Shown here: piece by piece, positions 28,386 to 39,228 of the stretch | Layout: the number at the start of each line of letters is the position of its first letter | Position numbering within the stretch: position 1 is the stretch's first letter | Assembly (NCBI GenBank): GCA_947259785.1 | Contig: CAMYNQ010000002.1 | Location: forward strand, 1 to 63,912 | Source of the DNA: an uncultured Chromatiaceae bacterium | Lineage (GTDB): Bacteria; Pseudomonadota; Gammaproteobacteria; Tenderiales; Tenderiaceae | Reading direction: 5' to 3' | Length of the DNA stretch: 63,912 nucleotides | Made by a program: the position numbers and the translations under genes | The notes under the pieces: model-generated | The model's database searches: none | What the model saw: the letters and a program-made list of their open reading frames with translations, nothing else | Told to the model about the DNA's origin: nothing

Positions 28386-31300
28386 TTAAAAGCGATATCC
28401 CACGCCGACATCCCAGGCATTCACCGCAGTATCGTCAAAGCGATAACTGCGCCATCCAAGCCTTACGGGCAGCTGGTCTGTTGCCATTGCCTCAACACCT
28501 AGGGCAAACCGCACGCCCATGCCGTTCTCACTAAATACACGGCTAACGTTACTCCCGCCCAGTTGATATTCGGCCTGCCAGATGAATGCCCCTATGCTGG
28601 CCTGAAAGCTCAACCAATGAGATGTCTGCCAACCTTTACCGACTGAGAGTGTCCAGAAGTCGGCGGTGGCTGGATAGACGTTGGCTATGTTATTCACGAA
28701 ATCATCTACGTCAACCGCCGTGCCGTTGATGCTCGTAGATACCTCGCCTGCATCTGCATATTCCAGCTCGATCTGCACATTGTTTTGCAGCCTATAACCA
28801 ACATAGACGGACAGGCCGTTACGGTTCAGGTCAGTTTGGCTGACATTCCCGGTCAGCCCCAGATTTTCGAGTTCACGATTGAAGTCATCACTGCGATCCT
28901 TGCCCGATACCTTGAGATAACTCACGCCGACATAATCCGGCCAGTAATCCGCAGCGACGGGTTCCTCGGGTGGCATACCAATCGCAGCGGCCTGCGCCAA
29001 ATTTGGTAAACAAATCATGGCAACGGCAATGGCGCCATATCGGCGTGAACGGCGGATAAGCAACAGCGCGCCCAGCACACTCAATAGCCATGGGCTGAAG
29101 GCACCACCGCCGGTGATGGTAATATTGACAGGTTCTAGGACACGCACGGCTACGCCGCCGGGGTCCTGCACCTGTTGATTGGCTGCATTGTCGGCATCGT
29201 TGGGGCCTCCGTCCTCAATGGTCAATTGTATGCACCAGTGGTCTTCGCTCAGACCAGCGCTGTAGGTGCTGTCACCGGGCGGCGGACAATAGCCTTCGGC
29301 CCCTGCGGTGGAGGCCAGGCTGTTATTGCCATCCTCAACGAAGGTGGCCCAGCCGCTCGGCTGCAACTTGCGATAAAGCGCATCCGCCGGTATCGCCACT
29401 TGCTGCGGGATGACCACACTCACCGACTGACCAGCAATGGGCAGATCGCTCACTTCAAAGTCAAACAGGCTACCGTCATAAGCATACTCATCATCGGCGA
29501 AGGCGCCGGCGCCGCCATTGGCATGTGAACCAATCTCGGCTGTCGTCACCTTGGCTTTGTTGTCGCCGGTACGAAAGGCGACCTCGCCCAGCTTCAGGCT
29601 CAGCCCCGGTTCGGTCTCGAGCACAAACTGGTCGGCGATACCGGCCTGCGCCTGCAGGGCGTTGACCTGGAGGGCGGAGTGATCCAGATAATCGGGCACG
29701 CCGTCACTGTCGCTGTCGCCCGAGCCTTCCACGTTGTCATTGCTGCCATCGCTATCCGAGTCAGTCGCTGCCAGTGTCGGCAGCGCGGCCAGCACTCTGA
29801 CAATCAATTCAGCAGTGTCGCTCAGGTTACCGTTGCTGTTGTCGATAACGGTGACCCGCAGCGTATAGATGCCGATGGTGGTTGGGCTGAAGGTGAAGGC
29901 ATCAACGGCACCGTCACTATCGCTTAGAGCGTTGTCGGTGGCGCTCCAGTCATAGGTATGGGTATCGCCCGGATTGGGATCGGCTACTGAGGCAGTCACA
30001 ACCACATCGGCCGCACCCTGCTCAACCAAGCGCGTAGAACCCGCACCCTGATCGGCCGACAGTGTCACAGCGGGGGCGACATTGCCTTCCTGGATCCGCA
30101 TGGTGTGGCTGGACTTCGGTCCAACCACAGCGTTGGTCGGTGAAGCGCCCAGCGTGACAATCAGGGTTTCCATGCCCTCGGCAACGTCTGCATCGACAAT
30201 GTTAACGGTTACGTCCGTCGACTGACCGGAAGCTATCACTATGTCGCTACTGACCAGATCGTGGTCAGTGCTATCGGCGGTTCCAGATATGCTAATTGGC
30301 ACTGCTACCGGATAGCTCACTGCCGGGCCGTTGAGAATCACCTTGAAGGTCGCAGCGGCCCCTTCGGCCGTGGTCTGGTCTTTACTTAGTTCCACCAGCG
30401 GTACCACATTTACCATCTGGCTTGCGGTCGCGGTGTTACCGGCAGTGTCGGTAGCACTCCAGGTCACGGTGTTAGCACCAGGACGGAAATAGGCCGGCGC
30501 ATCGGAGCTGACGCTCACACTGCCGTCCAGTGCGTCGTTGGCACTTGCCGTACCGACGTCTACTGGCGTGAATAACCCAACTGCATCAACGGTGATATCC
30601 GCTGGCACGCTGATCACCGGCGGGTAATCATCGGCGCCAGCATCGGTAGCGGCGACGGATTCGTCATAGTTGCTGACACCGTCACCATCGAGGTCGCTAT
30701 TTCGGTCGGCGGCACTCAATTTATTAAGACCATTGGCATCCTCGTAGCTATTGCTCATGCCGTCGCCATCGATGTCGGGATCACTGCCATCGACAACTGC
30801 ATCGTTATCGAGGTCTCCCTGCACAGCGCTGGTTGTGGCGCTGGTCACTGTTTCACTTGTACCGCCACCATCGCTGTAACTCGCGACTACGCTGATGGCA
30901 GCGCCGACATCGGCCCGCACCAGGGTGTAGTTTGCACTGGTGGCGCCGGCGATTGTGCTGTCGTTACGTTTCCACTGATAGTTGAATGTGCCCAAACCAT
31001 CGGCATCTGACACAGCGGAGGCATCGGCACTCAATTGCAGATGCTCGATGGCGCTACCATTGATGGTGACCGAGCCTACGGGTGAATCATTAGAGCTACT
31101 TATGCTGATTTCTGCCGTTGATATTGCGCCGGCATGATCATCATTATCCACCGCCATAAAGCTAATTCTGCGATTTGTAGTATCCGGCAGGTCTGACGTG
31201 TTGTTGTAGCGGATCGACTGCATCAACATCTCAATGGTTGCCGCGACTGCCGAGCCATCATTAACCGAAATAGTTAACTCGCCAGTTCCACTGTTATATG

Positions 31301-34300
31301 CACCAATGGTGACCTCTTCATCATTAACCTTCGGGACATCCACGCCATAAGTAGAAACCAAGCTCTCGGCCGCACCACCATCAGGACGATTAATCAATGT
31401 CACGGTCAACGACTTAAAGCTACCATCATCACTAATGGTGCTATCGCTGTCTGCTGCCGCAACAGCGCCACCATCTTCAGAAAAACTGCCGTGGTAACTG
31501 CCGTTGGTTGCACCACTGCTGTCATCGCCATCGAGATCGATGATTGGAGCACGTAGCAAGGTCACGAAGACATTTTGATCGGCTGAAGTGGCACTTCCGC
31601 CATCGCCATCATTAACAGTGATGCGTACTGTTCTGGTATTGGTATTCAAGGTTCCCGCGTCGATATCGCGATATTGCAGCGCGGAGAGCAGATCTCGCAC
31701 GCGGGTAAGGGTGGCATTGGCATTGAGCGCAACCCCCAGAACGTTGCCTCCTGCACCGCCGGCAAAAGTACCTATAGATACGCTATTAGATACGTCATCA
31801 GTGTGGATCACGTTACTACCCGAGGTGGATATATTGCCCACAGAGCCGATTTGCAGCAGGTCTTCACTATTTTCGGCGTTGATAGTGATGCTTGCAGTTA
31901 CATTGCCACCGCTGAAATTGGCAGAGTCGATATCACTCAAGGCGGCATTACCATTGGCATCCAGCACGACAGCATTGCCACCTATACTGAAGCTCACACT
32001 ATCACCATTAAGATGGGTGATCGTAGGCGCATCATTCACCGGCGTAATGGCAATGGTTGCGCTTGCACTGCCGACAGACAAGCCGCCGCCAGAACTATTT
32101 GTAGCCGCCTGTACAGAGAAGACACCATCGGCAGTTCTATTGATGGCCGGGGTAAACTTCAGTCCGGCATTGCCTTCCGCGATGGTGATGAGTCTATTGT
32201 TGCTGATGGGCGTAATGCCGTTATTTTTATACAGCGTCCCGCCAGTGACACCCGTGATCTTGAAGTGGGTCACCTCATCACCGTCATTGATATTACGACT
32301 GATTACCAAGCCAGCGCTGCTTTGAGTATCTTCATTCGTGCTGGCATTGGTCACGCTAGGCACATCACCGATGGCTGTAATGGTAATCGTCGCCGTTGCG
32401 CTGCCTGCAGACAAACCACCGCCAGAACCATCAGTGCCTGCTTGTACATTAAAACTGCCTGAGCCAAAACTGTTGGCTGTCGGGGTAAACTTCAGCCCGG
32501 CATTACCTTCGGCAACGGTGATGAAGCTGTTGTTGCTGATAGACGTTGTGCCGTTATTTTTATACAGCGTCCCACCAGTGATATTGGTGATTTTGAAATG
32601 GGTCACCTCATTGGTGTCATTAATGTTGCGACTGATCACCAGACCACTTGTGCTTTGTGTATCCTCATTGGTCGACGTATTCGTCACTCTAGGTGTGTCG
32701 CCTACCGGTGAAATGGTAATAGTCGCCATTGCACTGCCCACAGACAAACCAACGTCAGATTCATTTGTAGCAGACTGAACATTAAACGAACCGTTGCTAC
32801 TGCTGTTCGCTGTTGGAGTAAACTTCAGCCCGGCATCGCCTTCAGCAAAGGTGATGAAGCTATCATCGTCAATAGCAGTGGTGCCATCATTTTTGTACAG
32901 CGTCCCACCAGTGATATTGGTGATCTTGAAATGGGTCACCTCTGTACCGTCATTCACGTTGCGACTAATCACCAGACCAGTTGTGCTTTGCGTATCCTCA
33001 TTGGTCGACGTATTCGTCACTCTAGGTGTGTCGCCTATCGGTGTAATGGTAATGGTCGCCGTTGCACTGCCCGCAGACAAACCGCCGCCAGACCCATCTG
33101 TGCCGGCCTGCACATCAAAACTGCCTGAGCTAAGACTGTTGACTGTCGGCGTAAACTTCAGTCCGGCATTGCCTTCGACGAAGGTAATAAAACTATTATT
33201 AGCAATGGCAGTGGTGCCATCATTTTTATACAGCGTACCGCCGCTGATACTGCTGATCTTGAAGTGGGTCACCTCATTGCCGTCATTAATGTTACGGCTG
33301 ATCACCAGACCAGTTGTGCTTTGCGTATCCTCATTGGTCGACGTATTCGTCACACTGGGTGTGTCGCCTATCGGTGTAATAGTAATGGTCGCCGTTGCAC
33401 TGCCGACAGACAACCCACTGCCAACAACATCCGTAGCGGCCTGAACATTAAACGAACCGTTGCTACTGCTGTTTGCTGTTGGGGTAAACTTTAGTCCGGC
33501 ATTGCCTTCAGCGACAGTAATAAAGCTATTATTGGCAATGGCAGTGGTGCCATCATTTTTATACAGCGTTCCACCAGTGATACTGTTGATCTTGAAATGG
33601 GTCACCTCATTGCCGTCATTAATGTTACGACTAATCACGAGGCCACCTGTGCTTTGCGTATCCTCACTGGTCGACGTATTCGTCACTCTAGGTGTGTCGC
33701 CTACCGGTGAAATGGTAATGGTCGCCGTTGCACTGACTGCAGACAACCCACTGCCAACATCATCCGTAGCGGCCTGAACATTAAACGAACCGTTGCTACT
33801 GCTGTTCGCTGTTGGGGTAAACTTCAGTCCGGCATTGCCTTCGACGAAGGTAATAAAACTATTATTGGCAATGGCAGTGGTGCCATCATTTTTGTACAGC
33901 GTCCCACCAGTGATATTGGTGATCTTGAAATGGGTCACCTCTGTACCGTCATTCACGTTGCGACTGATCACCAGACCAGTTGTGCTTTGCGTATCTTCAA
34001 TCGTGCTGGCATTGGTCACGCTAGGACCATCACCAATAACCGTAATGGTAATGGTCGCCGTTGCACTGCCCGCAGACAAACCACTGCCAACACCATCCAT
34101 AGCGGCCTGAACATCAAATGAACCGTTGCTACTGCTGTTTTCTGTTGGAGTAAACTTCAGCCCGGCATTGCCTTCGGCGACGGTGATGAAGCTATCATCG
34201 TCAATAGCAGTGGTGCCATCATTTTTGTACAGCGTCCCACCAGTGATATTGGTGATCTTGAAATGGGTCACCTCTGTACCGTCATTCACGTTGCGACTAA

Positions 34301-37300
34301 TCACCAGACCAGTTGTGCTTTGCGTATCCTCATTGGTCGACGTATTCGTCACTCTAGGTGTGTCGCCTATCGGTGTAATGGTAATGGTCGCCGTTGCACT
34401 GCCCGCAGACAAACCGCCGCCAGACCCATCTGTGCCGGCCTGCACATCAAAACTGCCTGAGCTAAGACTGTTGACTGTCGGCGTAAACTTCAGTCCGGCA
34501 TTGCCTTCGACGAAGGTAATAAAACTATTATTAGCAATGGCAGTGGTGCCATCATTTTTATACAGCGTACCGCCGCTGATACTGCTGATCTTGAAGTGAG
34601 TCACCTCTGTACCGTCATTCACGTTGCGACTAATCACCAGACCAGTTGTGCTTTGCGTATCTTCATCCGTGCTGGTATTGGTCACGCTAGGCGCATCACC
34701 AATGACTGTAATGGTAATGGTCGCTGTTGCACTGCCGACAGACAACCCACTGCCAACATCATCCGTAGCGGCCTGAACATTAAACGAACCGTTGTTGTTG
34801 CTGTTCGCTGTTGGAGTAAACTTCAGTCCGGCATTGCCCTCGGGGAAGGTAATAAAACTATTATTGGCAATGGCAGTGGTTCCATCATTTTTATACAGCG
34901 TCCCGCCAGTGATACCCGTGATCTTGAAGTGGGTAACCTCGTTACCGTCATTGGCATTTCGACTGATTACCAAGCCAGCGCTGCTTTGCGTATCTTCATT
35001 CGTGTTGGCATTGGTCACGCTAGGCACATCAGCAATGGCTGCAATGCTTATCGTCGCCGTTACGCTGCCTGCAGACAAACCACCGCCAGAACCATCTGTG
35101 CTTGCCTGTACATTAAAACTGCCTGAGCTAATGCTGTTTGCAGTCGGAGTAAACTTCAATCCGGCATTGCCTTCGGCGAAGGTGATGAAGCTATTGTTGC
35201 TGATGGGCGTTGTGCCGTTGTTTTGATACAGCGCCCCGCCAGTGATATCGGTGATCTTGAAGTGGGTCACCTCGGTGCTGTCATTGGTATTACGACTAAT
35301 CACCAGGCCAGCGCTGCTTTGCTGATCTTCATCCGTGCTGGCATTGGTCACGCTAGGTACATCACCAATGGCTGTAATAGTAATCGTCGCCGTTGTACTG
35401 CCTGCAGATAAACCACCGCCAGAATCATCTGTGCCTGCCTGCACCTCAAAACTGCCTGAGCTAATGCTGTTTGCAGTCGGAGTAAACTTCAATCCGGCAT
35501 TACCTTCAGCGAAGGTGATGAAGCTATTATTGCTGATAGGCGTTGTGCCATCATTCTTATACAGCGTACCGCCGCTGATATTGGTGATCTTGAAGTGGGT
35601 CACCTCGGTGCCATCATTGGTATTTCGACTGATTACCAAGCCACTTGTGCTTTGCGTATCTTCATTCGTGCTGGCATTGGTCACACTTGGCGTATCCGCA
35701 GTTGCTGACACCGTAATCGTTGCCGTGGCAGTGCCTGTAGAGAGGCCACCACCAATAGCATCCGTTGCCGCTTGAATATCAAACGAACCATTGATATTGC
35801 TGTTGGCTGTTGGGGTAAACTTCAGCCCGGCATTGCCTTCGGCAACGGTGATGAAGCTGTTGTTGCTGATGGGCGTTGTGCCGTTATTTTTAAACAGCGT
35901 CCCGCCAGTGATATCGGTGACCTTAAAATGGGTCACCTCATTGCCATCATTTACATTACGACTGATCACCAGCCCCGATGTGGTTTGGGTATCTTCATTG
36001 GTTGAAGCCCCTGTTACACTGGGTGTATCGCCTATAGGTGTAATGATAATCGTCGCCGTTGTACTGCCTGCAGATAAACCACCGCCAGAACCATCTGTGC
36101 CTGCCTGCACCTCAAAACTGCCTGAGCTAATGCTGTTTGCAGTCGGAGTAAACTTCAATCCGGCATTACCTTCAGCGAAGGTGATGAAGCTATTATTGCT
36201 GATAGGCGTTGTGCCATCATTCTTATACAGCGTACCGCCGCTGATATTGGTGGTCTTGAAATGGGTCACCTCGGTGCCATCATTGGTATTTCGACTGATT
36301 ACCAAGCCACTTGTGCTTTGCGTATCTTCATTCGTGCTGGCATTGGTCACACTTGGCGTATCCGCAGCTGCTGACACCGTAATCGTTGCCGTGGCAGTGC
36401 CTGTAGAGAGGCCACCACCAATAGCATCCGTTGCCGCTTGAATATCAAACGAACCATTGATATTGCTGTTGGCTGTTGGGGTAAACTTCAGCCCGGCATT
36501 GCCTTCGGCAACAGTGATGAAGCTATTGTTGCTTATGGGCGTTGTGCCGTTGTTTTGATACAGCGTACCGCCGCTGATACCGGTGATCTTGAAGTGGGTC
36601 ACCTCGGTGCCATCATTGGTATTTCGACTGATTACCAAGCCACTTGTGCTTTGCGTATCTTCATTCGTGCTGGCATTGGTCACACTTGGCGTATCCGCAG
36701 TTGCTGACACCGTAATCGTTGCCGTGGCAGTGCCTGTAGAGAGGCCACCACCAATAGCATCCGTTGCCGCTTGAATATCAAACGAACCATTGATATTGCT
36801 GTTGGCTGTTGGGGTAAACTTCAGCCCGGCATTGCCTTCGGCAACGGTGATGAAGCTGTTGTTGCTGATGGGCGTTGTGCCGTTATTTTTAAACAGCGTC
36901 CCGCCAGTGATATCGGTGACCTTAAAATGGGTCACCTCATTGCCATCATTTACATTACGACTGATCACCAGCCCCGATGTGGTTTGGGTATCTTCATTGG
37001 TTGAAGCCCCTGTTACACTGGGTGTATCGCCTATAGGTGTAATGATAATCGTCGCCGTTGTACTGCCTGCAGATAAACCACCGCCAGAACCATCTGTGCC
37101 TGCCTGCACCTCAAAACTGCCTGAGCTAATGCTGTTTGCAGTCGGAGTAAACTTCAATCCGGCATTACCTTCAGCGAAGGTGATGAAGCTATTATTGCTG
37201 ATAGGCGTTGTGCCATCATTCTTATACAGCGTACCGCCGCTGATATTGGTGGTCTTGAAATGGGTCACCTCGGCATCGTCATTTACATTACGACTGATCA

Positions 37301-38663
37301 CCAGGCCAGCGCTGCTTTGAATATCTTCGTTAGTGGTCGTATCGGTAACGTTCGGTATATCCGCTACTGCAGTGATATCCACATTTACGGTTCCCAAAGA
37401 GATATCTGTCCCACCACCGCTACCGGTATTACCAGCATCGTTGGCAGTAAGCGTTAAAATAGCGGCATTATTACCCGTTGCATTGCTGGCACCGGTGTAT
37501 TTAATGTTTGATGTGGTATCCAGGAAGGTATCAATATTGACTACAGTGCCGGTCAAGGTAATGGTAGTCGTGCCGGAACCAGCGATTGTTACGCCACCCC
37601 CAGAGGTGGCGGTCAGGGTGCCTGTTCCGGCAGCAATGGTCAGGGTGATGCTGGCCGATGCAGAATCCACATCACTCAGGGTGGCGGCGCTGAGATCCAC
37701 ATTGCTTGCGGTATCTTCGGTAACGGTGACCATTGCTGGCAATGAAGCGATGGTCGGATCATCGTTGACGGCAGTCACACTGGTTTCCACTGAAACTCCG
37801 GCGGCAGACACCTTTGACGTATCGTCGTCAGAGGTGGTGTCAAAGGTTTGTTGGGTAGCATCACTGGTAAAGGTGGTGGCGCTGGAGTTATCCACGGCAT
37901 ACACCGTTAAGGAACCAGGTGTGCCGTTATAGTGATTAAAAGGTACGAAGCGGAGTTTTGAAGTGCTAGGCAGTAGCAGGGCAGATGAAGTAGAGACTGT
38001 GCCAATGTCAAACCAGGTACTGCCGTCAGTAGTATATTCCCAGTCCCCTTCCACACCGGTTGAAGAGGCGTCTGCAGTCACTGCAATCCCCGCCATGCTG
38101 CTACTCGGATCAACATCGCTGAAACTGGCATCCAGCAAAGAGGTGACAGTTGTGCCTGCAGGTGAGGCGGCGTCTTCATTAACCGGCGCAAGGGTCGTTC
38201 CAGCATTGAATGATGGAGCGTCATTGATTGATGTGGCCGTGATTTGAGTCGCGCTATCGGCAGAGCCATCCTGCGTGCCATCATTGGGTGTCAGTGTAAA
38301 CGTAGTTACCACCGTAGAACCGACAGCCACCTGGTTGGCCGTCGGCGTAAACACGATGCCTTGCAGATTAATGGTTGCAGTGTCGGGCGCTGCGGATGTC
38401 ACCGTGTAGTTGCCTGCAATCCCTGTTATCCCTGTGCCACTTAATGTGCCATTCGCCGCGGTATAGATAATGGTTACACTAACATTATCAATATCGGGGT
38501 CTGATACCGTTACGTCGCTGAATGGATTGGTTGTTGTATTGTCATTAACAGCGCCGGCAGAGGTGCCGACGAGAGTAGGGGCAGCCGCTAGACTGGTTTC
38601 TGAAAGCATCATTAACATCATAGATGTAAACAAAAAACTTATAGATGATCTTGATTTATTCAT
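28386..38663 (-). CDS. Giant (3425 aa) repetitive surface protein/adhesin: signal peptide, Ig/cadherin-like repeats, TSP3-like Ca motifs, internal GlyGly-CTERM-like anchor, C-terminal beta-barrel
   Basis: Signal peptide; xNDAP-delimited modules; 16 x 111-aa repeats; DxDxDG motifs; IEDGGPNDAD..N..V.DPGG; GGGAFSPWLL...RRSRR; C-terminus GVGYRF. Confidence 0.9.
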   Translation of the reverse strand: MNKSRSSISFLFTSMMLMMLSETSLAAAPTLVGTSAGAVNDNTTTNPFSDVTVSDPDIDNVSVTIIYTAANGTLSGTGITGIAGNYTVTSAAPDTATINLQGIVFTPTANQVAVGSTVVTTFTLTPNDGTQDGSADSATQITATSINDAPSFNAGTTLAPVNEDAASPAGTTVTSLLDASFSDVDPSSSMAGIAVTADASSTGVEGDWEYTTDGSTWFDIGTVSTSSALLLPSTSKLRFVPFNHYNGTPGSLTVYAVDNSSATTFTSDATQQTFDTTSDDDTSKVSAAGVSVETSVTAVNDDPTIASLPAMVTVTEDTASNVDLSAATLSDVDSASASITLTIAAGTGTLTATSGGGVTIAGSGTTTITLTGTVVNIDTFLDTTSNIKYTGASNATGNNAAILTLTANDAGNTGSGGGTDISLGTVNVDITAVADIPNVTDTTTNEDIQSSAGLVISRNVNDDAEVTHFKTTNISGGTLYKNDGTTPISNNSFITFAEGNAGLKFTPTANSISSGSFEVQAGTDGSGGGLSAGSTTATIIITPIGDTPSVTGASTNEDTQTTSGLVISRNVNDGNEVTHFKVTDITGGTLFKNNGTTPISNNSFITVAEGNAGLKFTPTANSNINGSFDIQAATDAIGGGLSTGTATATITVSATADTPSVTNASTNEDTQSTSGLVISRNTNDGTEVTHFKITGISGGTLYQNNGTTPISNNSFITVAEGNAGLKFTPTANSNINGSFDIQAATDAIGGGLSTGTATATITVSAAADTPSVTNASTNEDTQSTSGLVISRNTNDGTEVTHFKTTNISGGTLYKNDGTTPISNNSFITFAEGNAGLKFTPTANSISSGSFEVQAGTDGSGGGLSAGSTTATIIITPIGDTPSVTGASTNEDTQTTSGLVISRNVNDGNEVTHFKVTDITGGTLFKNNGTTPISNNSFITVAEGNAGLKFTPTANSNINGSFDIQAATDAIGGGLSTGTATATITVSATADTPSVTNASTNEDTQSTSGLVISRNTNDGTEVTHFKITNISGGTLYKNDGTTPISNNSFITFAEGNAGLKFTPTANSISSGSFEVQAGTDDSGGGLSAGSTTATITITAIGDVPSVTNASTDEDQQSSAGLVISRNTNDSTEVTHFKITDITGGALYQNNGTTPISNNSFITFAEGNAGLKFTPTANSISSGSFNVQASTDGSGGGLSAGSVTATISIAAIADVPSVTNANTNEDTQSSAGLVISRNANDGNEVTHFKITGITGGTLYKNDGTTAIANNSFITFPEGNAGLKFTPTANSNNNGSFNVQAATDDVGSGLSVGSATATITITVIGDAPSVTNTSTDEDTQSTTGLVISRNVNDGTEVTHFKISSISGGTLYKNDGTTAIANNSFITFVEGNAGLKFTPTVNSLSSGSFDVQAGTDGSGGGLSAGSATATITITPIGDTPRVTNTSTNEDTQSTTGLVISRNVNDGTEVTHFKITNITGGTLYKNDGTTAIDDDSFITVAEGNAGLKFTPTENSSSNGSFDVQAAMDGVGSGLSAGSATATITITVIGDGPSVTNASTIEDTQSTTGLVISRNVNDGTEVTHFKITNITGGTLYKNDGTTAIANNSFITFVEGNAGLKFTPTANSSSNGSFNVQAATDDVGSGLSAVSATATITISPVGDTPRVTNTSTSEDTQSTGGLVISRNINDGNEVTHFKINSITGGTLYKNDGTTAIANNSFITVAEGNAGLKFTPTANSSSNGSFNVQAATDVVGSGLSVGSATATITITPIGDTPSVTNTSTNEDTQSTTGLVISRNINDGNEVTHFKISSISGGTLYKNDGTTAIANNSFITFVEGNAGLKFTPTVNSLSSGSFDVQAGTDGSGGGLSAGSATATITITPIGDTPRVTNTSTNEDTQSTTGLVISRNVNDGTEVTHFKITNITGGTLYKNDGTTAIDDDSFITFAEGDAGLKFTPTANSSSNGSFNVQSATNESDVGLSVGSAMATITISPVGDTPRVTNTSTNEDTQSTSGLVISRNINDTNEVTHFKITNITGGTLYKNNGTTSISNNSFITVAEGNAGLKFTPTANSFGSGSFNVQAGTDGSGGGLSAGSATATITITAIGDVPSVTNASTNEDTQSSAGLVISRNINDGDEVTHFKITGVTGGTLYKNNGITPISNNRLITIAEGNAGLKFTPAINRTADGVFSVQAATNSSGGGLSVGSASATIAITPVNDAPTITHLNGDSVSFSIGGNAVVLDANGNAALSDIDSANFSGGNVTASITINAENSEDLLQIGSVGNISTSGSNVIHTDDVSNSVSIGTFAGGAGGNVLGVALNANATLTRVRDLLSALQYRDIDAGTLNTNTRTVRITVNDGDGGSATSADQNVFVTLLRAPIIDLDGDDSSGATNGSYHGSFSEDGGAVAAADSDSTISDDGSFKSLTVTLINRPDGGAAESLVSTYGVDVPKVNDEEVTIGAYNSGTGELTISVNDGSAVAATIEMLMQSIRYNNTSDLPDTTNRRISFMAVDNDDHAGAISTAEISISSSNDSPVGSVTINGSAIEHLQLSADASAVSDADGLGTFNYQWKRNDSTIAGATSANYTLVRADVGAAISVVASYSDGGGTSETVTSATTSAVQGDLDNDAVVDGSDPDIDGDGMSNSYEDANGLNKLSAADRNSDLDGDGVSNYDESVAATDAGADDYPPVISVPADITVDAVGLFTPVDVGTASANDALDGSVSVSSDAPAYFRPGANTVTWSATDTAGNTATASQMVNVVPLVELSKDQTTAEGAAATFKVILNGPAVSYPVAVPISISGTADSTDHDLVSSDIVIASGQSTDVTVNIVDADVAEGMETLIVTLGASPTNAVVGPKSSHTMRIQEGNVAPAVTLSADQGAGSTRLVEQGAADVVVTASVADPNPGDTHTYDWSATDNALSDSDGAVDAFTFSPTTIGIYTLRVTVIDNSNGNLSDTAELIVRVLAALPTLAATDSDSDGSNDNVEGSGDSDSDGVPDYLDHSALQVNALQAQAGIADQFVLETEPGLSLKLGEVAFRTGDNKAKVTTAEIGSHANGGAGAFADDEYAYDGSLFDFEVSDLPIAGQSVSVVIPQQVAIPADALYRKLQPSGWATFVEDGNNSLASTAGAEGYCPPPGDSTYSAGLSEDHWCIQLTIEDGGPNDADNAANQQVQDPGGVAVRVLEPVNITITGGGAFSPWLLSVLGALLLIRRSRRYGAIAVAMICLPNLAQAAAIGMPPEEPVAADYWPDYVGVSYLKVSGKDRSDDFNRELENLGLTGNVSQTDLNRNGLSVYVGYRLQNNVQIELEYADAGEVSTSINGTAVDVDDFVNNIANVYPATADFWTLSVGKGWQTSHWLSFQASIGAFIWQAEYQLGGSNVSRVFSENGMGVRFALGVEAMATDQLPVRLGWRSYRFDDTAVNAWDVGVGYRF
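32035..37362 (-). repeat. 16 tandem 333-bp (111-aa) coding repeats
   Basis: GLVISRN and GLKFTP counted 16 times each; antisense ORFs recur at 333-, 999- and 1332-bp offsets. Confidence 0.92.
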
Positions 38664-39228
38664 ACCTACACACCTTCAAACCAGTCTTCTGCTTCTAGTT
38701 GCAGAAGATCTTGTATCACCTTGTACTAACAGTAAAATTATATCGAAAACACAGGTCGCGACATCGCCAAAAACAAAAACCGCAAACACCACAAGCTTGC
38801 CCCGAAACAGGTTGTCAACCATTTCTAAAGAGGTTGCTTACAAACAATCGCTAACCTTTATATCCAACTCCAGCAGTCAGCTCTCAGGCATCACTGCCAG
38901 CACTTATTGCGATATTTTACCTCGTTTATACAAAACGGGCGACGGTGGCCGCTTAGTGGCTGCACTGCGAACCGCGCAGTCCTGAAAAAACAGTGCTTTA
39001 TCCTAATCATTCAAGAGCATATCGAGCCCCCTCATCATTAGATTGAAATGGAAACAGGCCAATCCTTGCCGGTATTTGTTCGCATTCCAGTGCGGAGTAT
39101 TGGCGCATGCTTGTCTGAGGGCGAAATACGAAGGTTGCTGTTAAGAGACGCTGATCGCACTTAGCTGAAAGTGTCGGGTTTTTGCCGCTCTAGTGGTGCC
39201 AGGCGGGCTATATTTAAATGGTAAATTT

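Larger units (their letters stand above)
24196..39216. mobile_element. Decayed genomic island integrated at tRNA-Arg (no integrase left)
   Basis: GTGCCGGGCGCGCCATATTTA (24196-24216) recurs as GTGCCAGGCGGGCTATATTTA (39196-39216, 18/21); cargo of IS3, ArdA-like remnant, metal cassette and giant adhesin. Confidence 0.6.

Noticed and set aside
28386-28990. Classical autotransporter barrel
   Set aside because: Only ~200 aa and preceded by two hydrophobic segments rather than an alpha-helical linker
32035-37362. Diversity-generating retroelement or shufflon acting on the repeats
   Set aside because: No reverse transcriptase or invertase; differences between units are not visibly adenine-specific
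31588-38985. Many long plus-strand ORFs over the giant gene
   Set aside because: Antisense shadows of the Thr/Ser/Asn/Gly-rich repeats; they recur with the 333-bp period and lack independent motifs
38664-39195. c-di-GMP riboswitch upstream of the adhesin
   Set aside because: GGCAAA is present on the minus strand (~39181-39186), but the GAAA-tetraloop/receptor architecture could not be found
24196-39216. The att copies are exactly 15,000 bp apart
   Set aside because: Nothing else suggests an artificial construct; treated as numerical coincidence
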